From positions 1,364,001 to 1,428,000 of the forward strand of contig CM007990.1 in NCBI GenBank assembly GCA_002189035.1: a stretch of 64,000 bases of DNA, written 5' to 3'. Under the pieces are notes generated by a model, which did no database searches, was not told the origin of the DNA, and saw nothing but the letters and a program-made list of their open reading frames with translations. The first letter of the stretch is position 1, and each line of letters begins with the position of its first letter. The stretch comes from Utricularia gibba (Eukaryota > Plantae > Magnoliophyta). Shown here piece after piece: positions 12,664 to 25,676 of the stretch. A program made the translations under genes and the position numbers.

Positions 12664-13472
12664 GGAAAAATCATTTTTTAAGTTATAATGTTTTAACTAT
12701 TATCATTTTACAGTCAAACACTTTAATTTATACAAAATACAATCAATAAATTTATCAATAAATTCAATTTATGGCATATCGGTTAAAAACTATTTTAAAA
12801 ATTTTTAAAATTTGAGATAAATATTTTTAAAAAGAATTAAAATTTAATATACATTTTTAAAAAATATTTTAAATTTTTACTAATTTATTCAAAAAATACT
12901 AAAAAATTATGAAAAATTATTACAATTTTTTCTAGTTTCATTTATTATAATTTCCTGTAAAATGGTATTATAGAAATAATAATTCTATATATAAAACTTC
13001 CTTTATCTCTTCGTATTTCAATTTTAATCAAAGACATTTATGCAAATTCAAGTATCAAAATGAAAGTCTTGTTAGTATGTGTGATACAATTGGTGTAATC
13101 GAAGAATAAACATACGAGTATGACATAGTACTTTAGATAAGGGATAAGAAAACATTATTTATGTTCATGTATTACTATTAAAATGTTTTAATCTCAAAAA
13201 AAATTGGATGATGGAAGTATTATAGAATAAATATTAAAAATTGAGAAAAACAATTTTTAAAAATTTAAAGTATTTTTAAAAATATATATTGAATTTTAGT
13301 TCTATTTAAAAATATATATCTCAAATTATAAAAATTTTTAAAATATTTTTTGATCGAAATACCATAAATTGAGTTTATTTGTAAATTTGTTGACTGAATT
13401 TTGCACAAGTTAAAGTATTTGACTGTAAAATGAAAATGATTGAAACATTGTGACTTAAAAATGATTTTTACC
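12664..13472. mobile_element. Non-autonomous Mutator-like element (MULE) with long TIRs
   Basis: Imperfect inverted repeats of about 230 bp starting GG(T)AAAAATCATTTTT. Exact 9-bp TSD TTAGAAAAA at 12655-12663 and 13473-13481. Confidence 0.92.
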
Positions 13473-14626
13473 TTAGAAAAATTATATTATTTATTTATTA
13501 TTTCATTTAAAAATACATTTATATCATAATATACTAAAATTTACAATATATTTTTTACTTTATTAAATTTTACAATATAATGTTATGTTATTGAATAAAA
13601 TAGTTTTACTGTCTCAAAACTAGTTATATATATATATATATCAAAATTAATTCTATTTTACATAATGTAAAGTACAACTTCAAACTATAGAAAAAAGTAA
13701 TTTCTTCAAATTTTGGTCATTTTCTTGTAATCTGTTCTCCATTTCTCTTTTTAGATCAAATCTAAAATTCAAAATTTTTCAAAACATTATTTGGAAGTGG
13801 AGAAGGATTGTTTGTCTAATTACCGATGAATTGATTTACCAATGGGCCCTTAAGATTTGGAGTCCCGTACGTAAAAATTAAGTTTTTACAGTGGCACAAA
13901 GGTCATTTATCTAAACACGAGACAGTCGGTAATTGAAGTTAATGGCGGCGGCGGAGGTCGCTCGGTGAGTGTACTTCCCCACAATACAAACCCAACGCCT
14001 CCTGCCGACGTGGCGGTTTCCCATCGGTGGTCGCCTCCAGCTCTGAGGATCACGTAGCGGCCCACCTCACAAAAGTGCATCCACATAGCCTGCTTTTTGG
14101 TGAAGACAACCGACTGAAGTACCATTCATATCGCAGCAGTCGCCTTCTTGTTTTCTCCCCTTTTTCTACTTTTTTTTTCTAAAGAATTCCTGTTTTTCGA
14201 CGAAAAGCACAAACTCGGTCCCTTATATCATTATCGTTATCGGTATAGGATTCACTCGTGATCTGCTCTGCCATCTTTTGCGGTCTTTCCTGTGACCCCT
14301 TTTTCTGCTGCTTTCGTTGGTGGGTTGCTCAGCTTCCCCTGAGTCCGAGGTTAGTTTCATTTTCCGATACCGGATATTCGTGTCTGATGTGTGTTTGTGG
14401 CAAAATTACGCAAATCTAGAGACCCAGCTCGACGAATTCCGAGCTGTTTATCTATGTCTGTTCTTTGCCACTGAAATCTCAGCTGCATCGAATGAATGAA
14501 ATAACCTTTTTTTTCTTTTGAAAGAATGGGATTGTGAACTGATTGTTTTGTAAGAAGGTAATGGGGAGCTTGCAGATGTTGGAGCAGCGAAAGGTTTTAC
14601 TGCTGTGATTGAGAAGAAGGGAGCTG

Positions 14627-15976
14627 ATGGATAAGCAGTGTGATTTTTGTGTGGCGTCGAGGCCTGTTGTGTACTGCAAGGCGGATGCTGCGTATCTGTG
14701 CTTGTTGTGCGACGCCAAGGTTCATTCTGCCAACGCCTTGTCCTCTCGCCATCCTCGTACGCTGCTGTGCGAGCTATGCCGATGCCACCCTGCACGTCTC
14801 CGATGCCTCGATCACGACGTTTTCATGTGCCGGAGTTGCGATTCCGGCCACCGCACCTCATGCCAGCAACAGAGGAGATCGGTGAACTCCTACACCGGAT
14901 GCCCTTCTGCTACGGATTTAGCTGCACTGTGGAGACACAGTTCAACTCTCTCTGAAGTAACATCCTCTGGCAAAGAACCATCTTCCAGTTCTTCATCAGC
15001 AACCCAAGCCAAGGTGCATTCGTCTTACTTTTTTCTTCAGAGAAATTTACATGAAGCTTGATGATCATGATTCTCACAGGGTGTGGAAGCTGATGCACTG
15101 ATGCAAAGTAGCTATGCACTGCATCAGATAATGGACCTGGATCGGCTGGAGCTCTCCGACGGCGCTGGGAAGGAACTCTCTGTGAAGAACGATGCGCAGG
15201 CCGACTACTGTGACGGCGAACTTCTTGAGTTAGACACTTCATTCTGGGAATGCAAAAGCCCTGTTGACAGCAATGAGGTTGTCCAGACGACACGAATCTA
15301 GAATCCCATGTAAATAGAAAGAAAGGAGCGATCTTGGTCTGATCCACGATGCCTGTGCAGATATGGATGCAGGATCTCGGATTCTGTGATGATCCACGAT
15401 ACTTGGACAATGTTACTATACCTGATGTCGACCCGAAATTCCAGAACCTGGAAGACATCTTTGGGGATGGAGGAGGGAGCATGGAGAATGCCTTTTTCTG
15501 CACAGGCCAGGATTCATCTTCTGGCAAAGGAGAGCAGCTTTGCGGGAGCCGAATCCAGGTAATCTCTCCATTTCAGCAAATGAGTGTTCTTATTGCGAAA
15601 GAGGGATTCCATGCTTTGTCATTGCAGCTCCAAAAGCAAGACAGCAGTAGCAGAGAAACAAGCATATTTGATCAGCCAAATGGATCTTCCTACTCAACTT
15701 CATCTTCCTCCATCTCCAAAATCATCACAGAAAGCAGCGGTTGTGAGTACAAAGACGACGGGTATTCTCCTACTAGAGAGAAAGTGATAATGAGATACAA
15801 GGAGAAGAAAACAGCAAGGTATGTCTGCTGAGTGCCTAGATTCATCCTGGTTTTCCGCAAAGAGTCGACCCTGAATTGAGCATTGGATGTATCTGGGACA
15901 CAGGCATGAAAAGCAAGCTGAGTATGCAGCTGCAAGGGACAAATCTGCAGAGAAAAAAGGGGTAAAATTCAGGTAA
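14627..15976 (+). CDS. B-box zinc-finger protein (CONSTANS-like, At1g68190/BBX27-type) with degenerate CCT; 5 exons
   Basis: MDKQCDFCVASRPVVYCKADAAYLCLLCDAKVHSANALSSRH plus a second B-box (CELCRCHP..CLDHDVFMCRSCD) and YTGCPSATDLAALW. Exons are approximately 14627-15013, 15080-15276, 15363-15558, 15628-15818 and 15904-15976. The C-terminus is RYKEKKTARHEKQAEY...*. Confidence 0.9.
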
Positions 15977-17323
15977 TGATACAACAAGAAGGCGTAAAAG
16001 CTCAGCAAACATCACCAGAAGCATTTGAAGCTGCAAGCCGTTCACATTGAACGCTTTTAGAGAACACCTGGGAATGCTTGCTTATCGCAGAGCTTTCTTG
16101 AGAGTAAAATTTTTCATGCATACGCTTGTTGATTGAATAGTTCATCCATTGGGAATCTTCTTCATGCTGAAAATTGAAAAACTCCCAGATGCAACATTCT
16201 GCACGGAGGCTTCAGTTATATGTGATGATGATTTACAACGTGAACGACACCAGGCATAGTGACAAGAGAAGAACAAGTACCCGATGCTCGAAGGAACCTT
16301 TTCCAATTCATGATAACGTCAAAATCGAATGGGCCACGAGTTGAATTAGGTTATGATAATGTTAAAATTAAAGATCCAATGAGCACACGAATATACATGA
16401 AACCTAAATATATATAAAAAATTATATTAGAAAAATAAGTATAATCAATTAATATTTATTTGAAATCTCTTAAAAAAACTTAGATTTCATGTGTTTTAAT
16501 TCAACCCATTGAATTCTTAATTTTATCATGATATTATAATATTTTTCTTGTGACACAATTTGGATAGTCAAGATAGATTTTGTATTAGTATAGGTTTCCA
16601 TCAAAAAAATAAAAAGATACATTAAACTTCAACAATAAAAATTAAATCTATCTATAACCCAAATAATATCTACAATCACGCATAAAAGAAAAATATAAGT
16701 ATTAATCATATTAAAAACCAATTCAACTTGAGAGCATTTATTAAAATAAACTATACAAAATTGAAAAATTAAAATGAAATCGTTAAATATATAAAAAATT
16801 AGAAATCAATAATAATTGATTGAATTTAATATTTACATTTATTTTATACTTTGACTTTAAATTTGTTCGTTCTACTCATCAAATCATTCACTTAAATACA
16901 CATAAGTTAAAGACTGCTCTCTCTCAAGATACTCATAAACTAGATCAACATAAGAAATTGGAATCAAGAGTTAGTACATGGACATTCTTTTAAATTGTCT
17001 GAATAAGAACACCAATGCAAAATGAAAGATAGATTGAACAAAAAACATAGTAATTTGATATTTTAAAAATATTTCAACCACACATTTGATATAAAATGAA
17101 TTATCTTTGTTTACCCTTTTACAAATTAAATCAATTTTTAAATTAAATTGAATTTAACTTGAAGCGGTAAAAAAATAATAAAATTTGAAATTTTAACTTA
17201 AAAGAAAATCTGGAGTAATTTTTGTAAGAAATGACGGAAATACTCATTTTGTTTGAACATCAAACCAAAAACATATTATTGGTATTCATTTTTACCTTTT
17301 TTTTAAGAAAATAAAAATTCATT

Positions 17324-17370
17324 TCGTCACTGTGACGACACTGCATGCGTCATATCTTGCTTGTATATAA
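17324..17370 (+). promoter_or_regulatory. as-1/ocs-like element and TATA box of the tau GST
   Basis: TGACGACA-CTGC-ATGCGTCA (17333-17352) has the 8-4-8 geometry of as-1. It overlaps the palindrome TCGTCAC-T-GTGACGA (17324-17338). TATATAA at 17364-17370. Confidence 0.7.
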
Positions 17371-17443
17371 CACCATTTACCTCCCACGAAAACTACACTA
17401 CACGTCTTTTGTTTTTTTACTCTCTTTGCACATCTGAAACTCC

Positions 17444-18212
17444 ATGGCTGCAGAATCGGCACAAGTGAAGCTTCTGGGCACCCGGAAAAGCCCATTTGTA
17501 CTGAGGGCGCTCTTAGCCCTCAACCTCAAGTCCGTGGAGTACGAGTTCCTGGAGGAACATTTTCCTGGTAAGAGTGAACTCCTCCTCAAATCCAATCCTG
17601 TTATGAAGAAAGTTCCCGTTCTCATCCACGGCGACGTCCCCATCTCTGAATCTCTCGTCATTCTTCACTACATTGATGAGACCTGGTCCCAGGGACCCCC
17701 GATCCTCCCTTCTCATCCTCACGATCGCGCTGTTGCCCGCTTCTGGGCTCACTGCATCGACGAAAAGGTACCATTTTGGAATAGCCCTTATGCCATTTTT
17801 TCTGATATAGAGGAGCTCAGATACGTTTCCTCTGTTGTAGTGGTTTCCATGTGTTAGTGGCATTCTGCTGACAGAAGGAGAAGAGTTGAAGCAGAGGGTG
17901 GAGGGAGCCACAGAAGGAGTGGCTTTGTTGGAAAATGCTTTTGTGGGTATAAGCAAAGGGAAGAAGTTCTTTGGGGGAGAAACCATCGGATATCTGGACA
18001 TTGCGTTCGGATGCTTTCTCCAATGGTTGGATGTTATCGGTGTGCTGTCTGGTCTGAAGCTCATCGATGAGATCAGGACTCCAAATTTGTTCCAATGGGC
18101 TCAAATTTTCACCTCCGACGCGGCGGTGAAGGATCTTCTGCCCCAGACCGATGAGCTCGTCGAGTTCGCTAAGTTCCGCATCAGCAGCTTCAAAGCTCCG
18201 GCGAAGAACTGA
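17444..18212 (+). CDS. GSTU: Tau-class glutathione S-transferase; 2 exons (17444-17767, 17841-18212)
   Basis: [14 protein letters not shown] (catalytic Ser retained), [53 protein letters not shown]. The single intron lies at the canonical tau position after DEK. Confidence 0.97.
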
Positions 18213-18476
18213 GTTGCTTCTGGTGAGAGGATGTTAATGTGCACGGTCTGCGTCTGTATCTCTATTCTGCTTTCATGCTTTTTTCGATTTGAATTGTGCC
18301 TGTGAGTGCCGATTATGACGATCTAAATGTTCCTTTTTCTTTTAAAAATAATAATTATTTTATAATTTCTTTTATAAAATATAAAATTTGAAAAGTTTAA
18401 TGTCACCCTTAATATAAGATCAAGTACCTAATGACGAAATAATATATTGGTTTATGGTTATGGACAAGGAGCATGC

Positions 18477-18870
18477 GTGTTTAAATATAAATATCTTCTT
18501 AATTTTGTGCAATACATTTTTTCTTTAAGATAATAACATAAAATTATGAATATTAAGTATTTGAAGTGAATAATATTGTATAAAAGGAATGTGGATCATG
18601 ACCTTGAATATTGAAACCAAACTTGAGCACATGCTAATGGCAGACAAGAGTACATTAAGCGAGATGATGATTATCAAAGAGGGTGAGAATGTAAAGTTAT
18701 GAAACTAATGATGCTATCCTATATTAGTATATATGGAAGAGTGATTGTGTTTAAATATAATAATCTCTTCTAGTTTTGTATGAGATTTTTTCTCCATAAA
18801 AAAAAAGTAAAATCGTGAAAATTAAGTGTATGAAATAAACAATATCAGACAATCTAACGATGGATTGTTA
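18477..18870. repeat. Two degenerate ~120-bp direct repeats, 270 bp apart
   Basis: gtgtttaaatataa..tcttc..ttttgt...aaaat..tgaa.attaagt at ~18477 and again at ~18747. Confidence 0.45.
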
Positions 18871-19408
18871 CATATCTCTATTTGATTATGATTGATTTGT
18901 AATGTATCTTTTGAATTTTAATCCAAAAGATCCTCAAATCGATTGCCCTTTAACATTTCATTTTCTATTTCGATCTGGATTCAAGTATACATATGATTTT
19001 TCAATTGATTGGATGATTTGGTATTAACATCCAACTATCACATGATTAAATTCAATAGTGCACATGGTACTCTAACTAATACCATACACGTGGACAAAGA
19101 AAGTAGAACTGTAAAATTTAATGAATAAAAAAATGTCAATATTATAATATTCAAAATGTATATTAAAATATTAATTTGAATTATTACAAAATATATGCTA
19201 AAATTTTTTAACTCATTTTATAAACTTGTTAATATTTTCGAATACACTAAATAAATTATACGAAAAACTATTATAAAGTTTCAATTTTTATAAATAATTA
19301 CTTTATGCAAGTTGTCTAGTGAAAAATTGAGTATTTTTTTTGTAATATATATATTTTTTCAATTTCACGTTTTTTAATTAAAATTTAAACTACAAATTCA
19401 ACCCAACA

Positions 19409-19715
19409 CAACTCCAACTATAAATTCAACCCTAAGGTAAAATAAGAAAATTATGATAACAATTCCAAATATATTAAAATTTGCACTAAAATCCTAATTT
19501 TCACATGATAATACACATTGAAAATTATGTATCATTACCACCATAACTCCAACTAAAAATTCAACCCAGTTTGAAACAAATATGAAAATTGTGCTAAAAT
19601 TTTGAAACATATCGAAATTCACACTAAAATCCTAATTTTTTACATGATAATACATCTATTTTACTGATTAAAATACATTAAAAATTATGTATTATCATTG
19701 CCACAACTTCAACAA
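19409..19715. repeat. Degenerate tandem repeat, about 2 copies of a 135-155 bp unit
   Basis: aactccaacta.aaattcaaccc and cactaaaatcctaattt..acatgataataca each occur twice, and a third unit begins with acaacttcaac near 19703. Confidence 0.7.
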
Positions 19716-20793
19716 TAAAGCATAAGATTAGACTTGGGAAGTGACATAAGTTTTAGATATAATCATATGATTAGAAATCCTCACTAAAAAAACAGTGATT
19801 ATGCGAACTAAAAAACTTTGAAAAATTCCTATTTTTATAAAAACGGTCTAAAATTAGTTTTATTAAAAATTCTAATGAATTAATTATATTTAAATTTAGA
19901 AAAACACTTAACCGAGTCAAAGAGTGGTAATGATTTCTTAAAGCTTTTCAAATCCTGGTGTTAATGTGAAAAAGTCTGAATGATTCCCACTTGCAATTTA
20001 ATAACCATTTCAAATCTTGGTAATCCATCACGCTCGATTCTAGCCTAGCTGACGTATTCCATAATTAACACACTTTTTTAATATTAGAAATTAAAGATAA
20101 AATACATTTTTATTAAGAAGAACAAAATGTATTCGTAGTTAATTCATTATATTCTTTTTCATTTACAAATAAGGATATGGGTAATTTATAAATGTAGTCA
20201 TCCTTCCATTCTTTTTAATGTATTCAATCAAAAATTTTAATTGAAAATGATCATTTTTTATATAATTAATGAAGGATAATCAGATTTATAATACACTCAA
20301 AAGAATATATATTGATAGACTCATTTAGAAAAATGATCATTGTATAATCTATCACACATTAAATTTAAATTTTTATACTACAAGTAGCCTTTTTTATCAT
20401 AATGATCCAATGTTAAGATGGGGGAGAGCATGTTACTTTTTAACTAAATTCATAATTGACATTATTTTTTCTAATAAAAAATAAACAATATATTTGTGGT
20501 GGTTACGTAACTTTAAATGTTATATTAAAAAATAGATGTTTCTAAGAATTTTATAATCAATGAATAAAAATATGTATTGAATATTTATTGTCTTGCTTGG
20601 TAAACTCAACCGCGACGTGACGCCTTGATGTTTTCTCCGTGGGTGGTGAAAAGGGCGTATTTTCGTACGCGGAGGACTGAAGGAAAATTCTCCCTTCTCC
20701 GCCGTGTTGCCTGGTCAAATCCGGCCAAATACTTGCATATAAATTTGGAACCGCGCCGCTGATTTTTCTGTCTCACCACGCGCGGGGATTCCG

Positions 20794-21279
20794 ATGGGGA
20801 ACCACATCTCGTGCAGATTAGGAGCCGCCAAGTCCACCAGGGTGATTCTCCCCGGCGGCGAACTGCGCCAGTTCAAGGAACCGGTGACGGCGGCGGATCT
20901 GATGCTCGAATCGCCTAATTTCTTCCTCGTGAACTCGCGATCGTTGAGGATAGGGAGGCGGTTGTCGCCGATTGCCGCGGATGAGGATCTCGAGTTCGGA
21001 AACCTCTATATTATGATTCCCATGAGGAGAGTTCATTCCGTAGCGACGGCGGCGGATGTCGCTGTTTTCATGATGGCTGGCAATTCCGCGTCCAGGAGGA
21101 TCCAAGACCCCGCCGGCGTTTCAGGGGGCGCCAGGATATCGCCCGACACCACGGCGGTCGGAGGAGAGACAGGCAGTGGCGCCACGGAATTGAGCTACCC
21201 TGGGGAGTTGACGGAGTTCAAGTACAGGCTGTCGGTTTCCCGGTCGAAGCGGCCGGCGCTGGATACCATAACGGAATAG
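20794..21279 (+). CDS. DUF4228 (PADRE domain) protein, intronless
   Basis: MGN start (possible myristoylation), RVILPGGELRQFKEPVTAADLMLESPNFFL, LSPIAADEDLEFGNLYIMIPM and C-terminal SRSKRPALDTITE. TATAAAT lies upstream near 20738. Confidence 0.93.
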   Translation: MGNHISCRLGAAKSTRVILPGGELRQFKEPVTAADLMLESPNFFLVNSRSLRIGRRLSPIAADEDLEFGNLYIMIPMRRVHSVATAADVAVFMMAGNSASRRIQDPAGVSGGARISPDTTAVGGETGSGATELSYPGELTEFKYRLSVSRSKRPALDTITE

Positions 21280-22473
21280 CTGTTGAGATAATTTCTCCGC
21301 ATGCGGTTGTATTTTAGATTTTTCTTTCTTTATGGAAATTTGTGTTTTTTAGGCCATTACACGAATTTTGAGTTGAATGTCAAATGTATATGATTTAATT
21401 AGATATATATACATATACATATATATATATATATATTGATCATTAAATATTTTTTAATACAAAATTTAAATAATAGATATTATATAATTATTTTAAAATA
21501 TTAAATAAACAAATGGAGCCAATGTGTGTATATATATTCCTGTTATTAATTGAGAATAGAGTTTTCAATGTCAACTTCATGCATTTTTTAATCTAATTCA
21601 CATATTTTGTGTCAATTTGAAATTTAATTTATACTAATTCACATATTAAAAGCCAAAAAAAAAAAATAAGTATTTAAAAAATAGAAATTGAGCTACTGGA
21701 AACCATTTATGAAAGTATTTTATAGCTTTCTTGGGTTATTTATACAAAAAAGGCTAAACCTATTGGTGGACGTTTTTACTAATTCAAACGCACATTATTT
21801 TTGTATAATATTATTGGAACTAAATTTTATAATTTTACATTATCATCTTTTGGAGATATTATTTAAATTAATAACATCATTCGTCCCTAATGAATGTGGA
21901 ATATTATTTCTAGACCAAGGGCGTTACATATTTTTTTAGGTAATAAAATTACTCTATTATTTATTAAAATCCATTAGGGCGAATGGTGTGTTAGAGCATC
22001 AAGAAGAAAAAAACAATATCATTAAAAATATTCAACAATCAAGCAAGGGCCTAGCGCGTGGCCCTCCATTACTGGGGAGATAGGAGAGCGTGGGAAAAAC
22101 GGCCGATGGGTGCGCGTAAAGATGGACGAGTGGCTCTTTCTCTTTGCAGCCATTGATGAGACCTTAAATCATCTGGAACCATAACCAGATCTCTTTGAAT
22201 CATTTATTTGAGTAACCAAAGTCATAGGGAAAATTCCGTTTCCATGTTCTTGTTCAGTACCTTGATACTGGGGAAGTAGTACAGGAAATCAGATGCGGAG
22301 AGATTGAGTTTTGTCCTTTTTTGTTGAGGAAGATCTGAAGGCATCCCAACTTGAGAAAAATGGAGTCTTGGTCATTTGCCGCGACCCCTTTTCTCTGTTG
22401 GGAAATTTGGAGGTTTCATTTTGCAATATAGTTTTTGTTCGAATTCTTGGTTCAATTCCAATCTGGAGTTTGG

Positions 22474-24448
22474 ATGGGAGCTGAAAGAAAATGTTTGTTC
22501 ATCCTGTTTTCGGGTGCATTCGTTACCTTATTGATCTTCTTGTCGCTTATTTCGGGCTTCAGTTACCCTTACTTCTCCGCATTCCCACCGGAAAAGTCAT
22601 TTGTTCCAACGATTCACAAAGGGCCGGGCCTTCCTCCGGCATTCGCATACTACATTTTCGGCGGTCCTGGCGATGTGGATAGATTGTTCCGGCTGCTGCT
22701 CGCAGTATACCATCCAAGGAATAGATATTTGCTTCATATTTCAGCTGATGGCAGCGATGACGAGAGGATTAGACTTGGGGCGATGGTGAAAACGGTGCCT
22801 GCTGTTCGAGCATTTGGTAATGTGGATTTGATTGGGAAGCCTGATCCAAATACTCCACTGGGTTCCACGAATATTGCAGCCATCTTAAGAGCTGCTGCGA
22901 TTTTGTTAAAGTTGGATTTTGGCTGGGATTGGTTTGTCCCTCTCAGTGCTTTGGATTATCCCTTGATTACCCAGGATGGTATGCTTTGTCTCTGTTGTGG
23001 ATAAGAACCTTGCTTTCCCTTTCTTTTTGTTCATTCTAATATGGTAAAGTTAATCTTTTTTGGACATTTCAATGCTTGAATTGGATTTCTCTGCCGGATC
23101 AATACTTAGCCTTCTGGTTACAACACGAATTAGTTGTTACTCCTATAAACGAGCTCCATTCCTTGATGTAGTCACCTTTTTACTAATTTGGAGTGCATCT
23201 TTTGGACATGATTGACTTATTGCAGCTTCCTTAGCAGTGATACGAATCTTCACCTCTGTGTGCTATATTTACTGCAAATTTACAGAACTTTTTCCCTGGC
23301 TAATGCGTTTGCATAATTTCCTGATATATCTTCTCTTCTATAGAGCTTGGAAATGGTTAAAATATATCTTTTATTTGCAAGGGATTGCATTGTGCATAAT
23401 CTACTCTTTGAGTTGCTTTTCAAATACACACTCTGTCAATCAAATTTGCCAAAAGTAAAGCACGCTGCTAGAAACAATCAGATATGCTTAAGTTCACGGA
23501 TCTATCTGCAAATGAATGTTATCTGCTTGTTTTTTCACCTCCCCTGTGCAGCCATTGATCTCTTTACTTTGTGTTTATTGTTTCAGACTTGTCCCATGCG
23601 TTCTCCTCTGTTAGAAGAGATCTCAACTTCATCCAGCACACTAGTGAACTGGGATGGAAAGAGTAGGCAAAATCCTCTTCCATATGTGGATTTCAACACC
23701 ATTCAAAGTGTTTTCCTAAATTTTTTCATGATCATCCCTGCAGGAATGACAGGATTCGGCCCATTGTAGTTGATCCCTCTGTCTACCTTGCAAGGAAGTC
23801 ACAAATCTTTCGTGCAACCGAAAAGCGGCCATTGCCTGATGCTTTCAAAGTCTACACAGGTACCATACCAAGTCCCTGTAATCCATCTCTCTCGATCCAA
23901 ATGAAATGATCATATGTTGTTTCCTGCTAGGTTCGCCATGGTTTATCCTTAGTCGATCGTTCCTGGAGTTCTGTATTCTTGGCTGGGATAACCTTCCACG
24001 CACCCTTCTCATGTATGCCACCAATGTCATCTTGCCCCAAGAAGTATACTTCCATTCCGTCATCTGCAACTCCCCAGAGTTCAAGAACACTACTGTGAAT
24101 TCGGATTTGAGGTACTTCATCTGGGACGATCCTCCCAAGATGGAGCCTCATTTTCTCAGCAGCTCGAATTACGCCGGCATGGTTCGAAGCAGAGCTGCTT
24201 TTGCTCGACAGTTCAAGGCGTATGATCCAGTTCTAGACATGATAGACAAGCGAATCCTCATGCGAGGCCGCAACCACGTAACGCCTGGTGCTTGGTGCAC
24301 TGGAAGTGGAAGCTGGTTCATGGATCCCTGCTCCAAGTGGAGGAGCAACATCAACGTTGTGAAGCCTGGATCTCGAGCCATGGAACTCCGGGAGTCCTTA
24401 GAGAAGCTTCTGGAGGAGCGGCAGACGCAGCACCATATCTGCACTTGA
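22474..24448 (+). CDS. GT14 family glycosyltransferase (core-2/I-branching, GlcAT14-like); 4 exons
   Basis: N-terminal TM anchor, then PPAFAYYIFGG, RLLLAVYHPRNRYLLHI, WDWFVPLSALDYPLITQD, GSPWFILSRSFLEFC and PQEVYFHSVICNSPEFKNTTVNSDLRY. Exons are approximately 22474-22978, 23587-23662, 23744-23859 and 23930-24448. Confidence 0.95.
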
Positions 24449-25676
24449 TTATTGCAGGTTTGCAAACACTTCCCACATGCAGGCTCAGGATGAAATGCCG
24501 TTCTTTGGATTTGTGAAGGTATCCTTTGAAGTGAAATCTTTAGAAGATAGAGGCTCAGGGAATGGAAGCTGCTGCTGAGTTTTTTTTTTTTTTTCATTTT
24601 TTTGGGAGGATGAAGCTGTTGCTGTATAGATGCCTCTGATTCTTTTTGATGAACTTGAGAGGAATTGTATCAGTGTACTTCCAGATTCTCATTGATCATT
24701 TTGTTTGATGATAATTTAATGAATAATATGTTTAAATTATTTATGTTCAAATAAATACATTTGATGTTCTTAAAATTAAAATATATTTTTGATATATGTA
24801 TTTTTAATAGTATTTCAAAATGATTGTTAATAAATGTATTTAAAATAAATTAAAAAAAATTATTGTTTTACTAAAAAATTAATGCAAAAAAAAAACCTAA
24901 TGTGAATAACATAGTTATGCAAATATGATAAATATGTAATAATGAATTAAATAACGATTTATATGTAAAATTGAATATAAATATTCTATACTATATAATC
25001 AACCACTCTCTTAGTATTTATTGGGTTAATCCAACTAACTAACATTAAAATTTTAATAACTAATAGCAATATTTATAATCATTAATTGATAAACTCAAAT
25101 TAAATTGGGTTAATAGACTGAAGTAGTGTTTTGACATATGTTTGAAGCCTATTTTTATTTTTTGAAAATTAAATTTTTTTTTTAGCAGACAATGTTTTTT
25201 ACCAAAAATATTTTTAAATTTAGTTCAGATGCAAATTAAATGATTTAAAACATAGTAATCCATAATTTTATTAATATTTTTATAAAAAGTTTTAAATTCA
25301 AAATAAATTTGACAGGCATAATTTTTTTTTTTTGTCCAAGAAAAGAAAACACAGATTTATTTTAACCAGAGAGAGACCAGAGTCATTGCAATGTGCAGGA
25401 ATATCAGGCAGCATATCATTGGCATCTATGAAATGAAATAAGATACAAACAGAAGAAAACAAATGAAAACGAGTAGCCTGGGAAAAAATCTTGTGCAAGT
25501 CTTTGGATTCCGGTGTGTGGTTGGTCGGGAAATTTTTTATTGGCTCGCCAGCGCCAACTGTAGAAAGCTCAGACGGAGCTCGCAGTGAAATACAAATACC
25601 CCACAATTCGTTTGTTGTTCCCATTGCAAAAATCAGTGACATTTTCGTTGCTGGGGCCTTCGTTTCACACCTCGAA

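Noticed and set aside
20170-20400. GGGTAATTT.../...AAGTAGCC as MULE termini
   Set aside because: The TIR match is too short and the flanks do not form a TSD.
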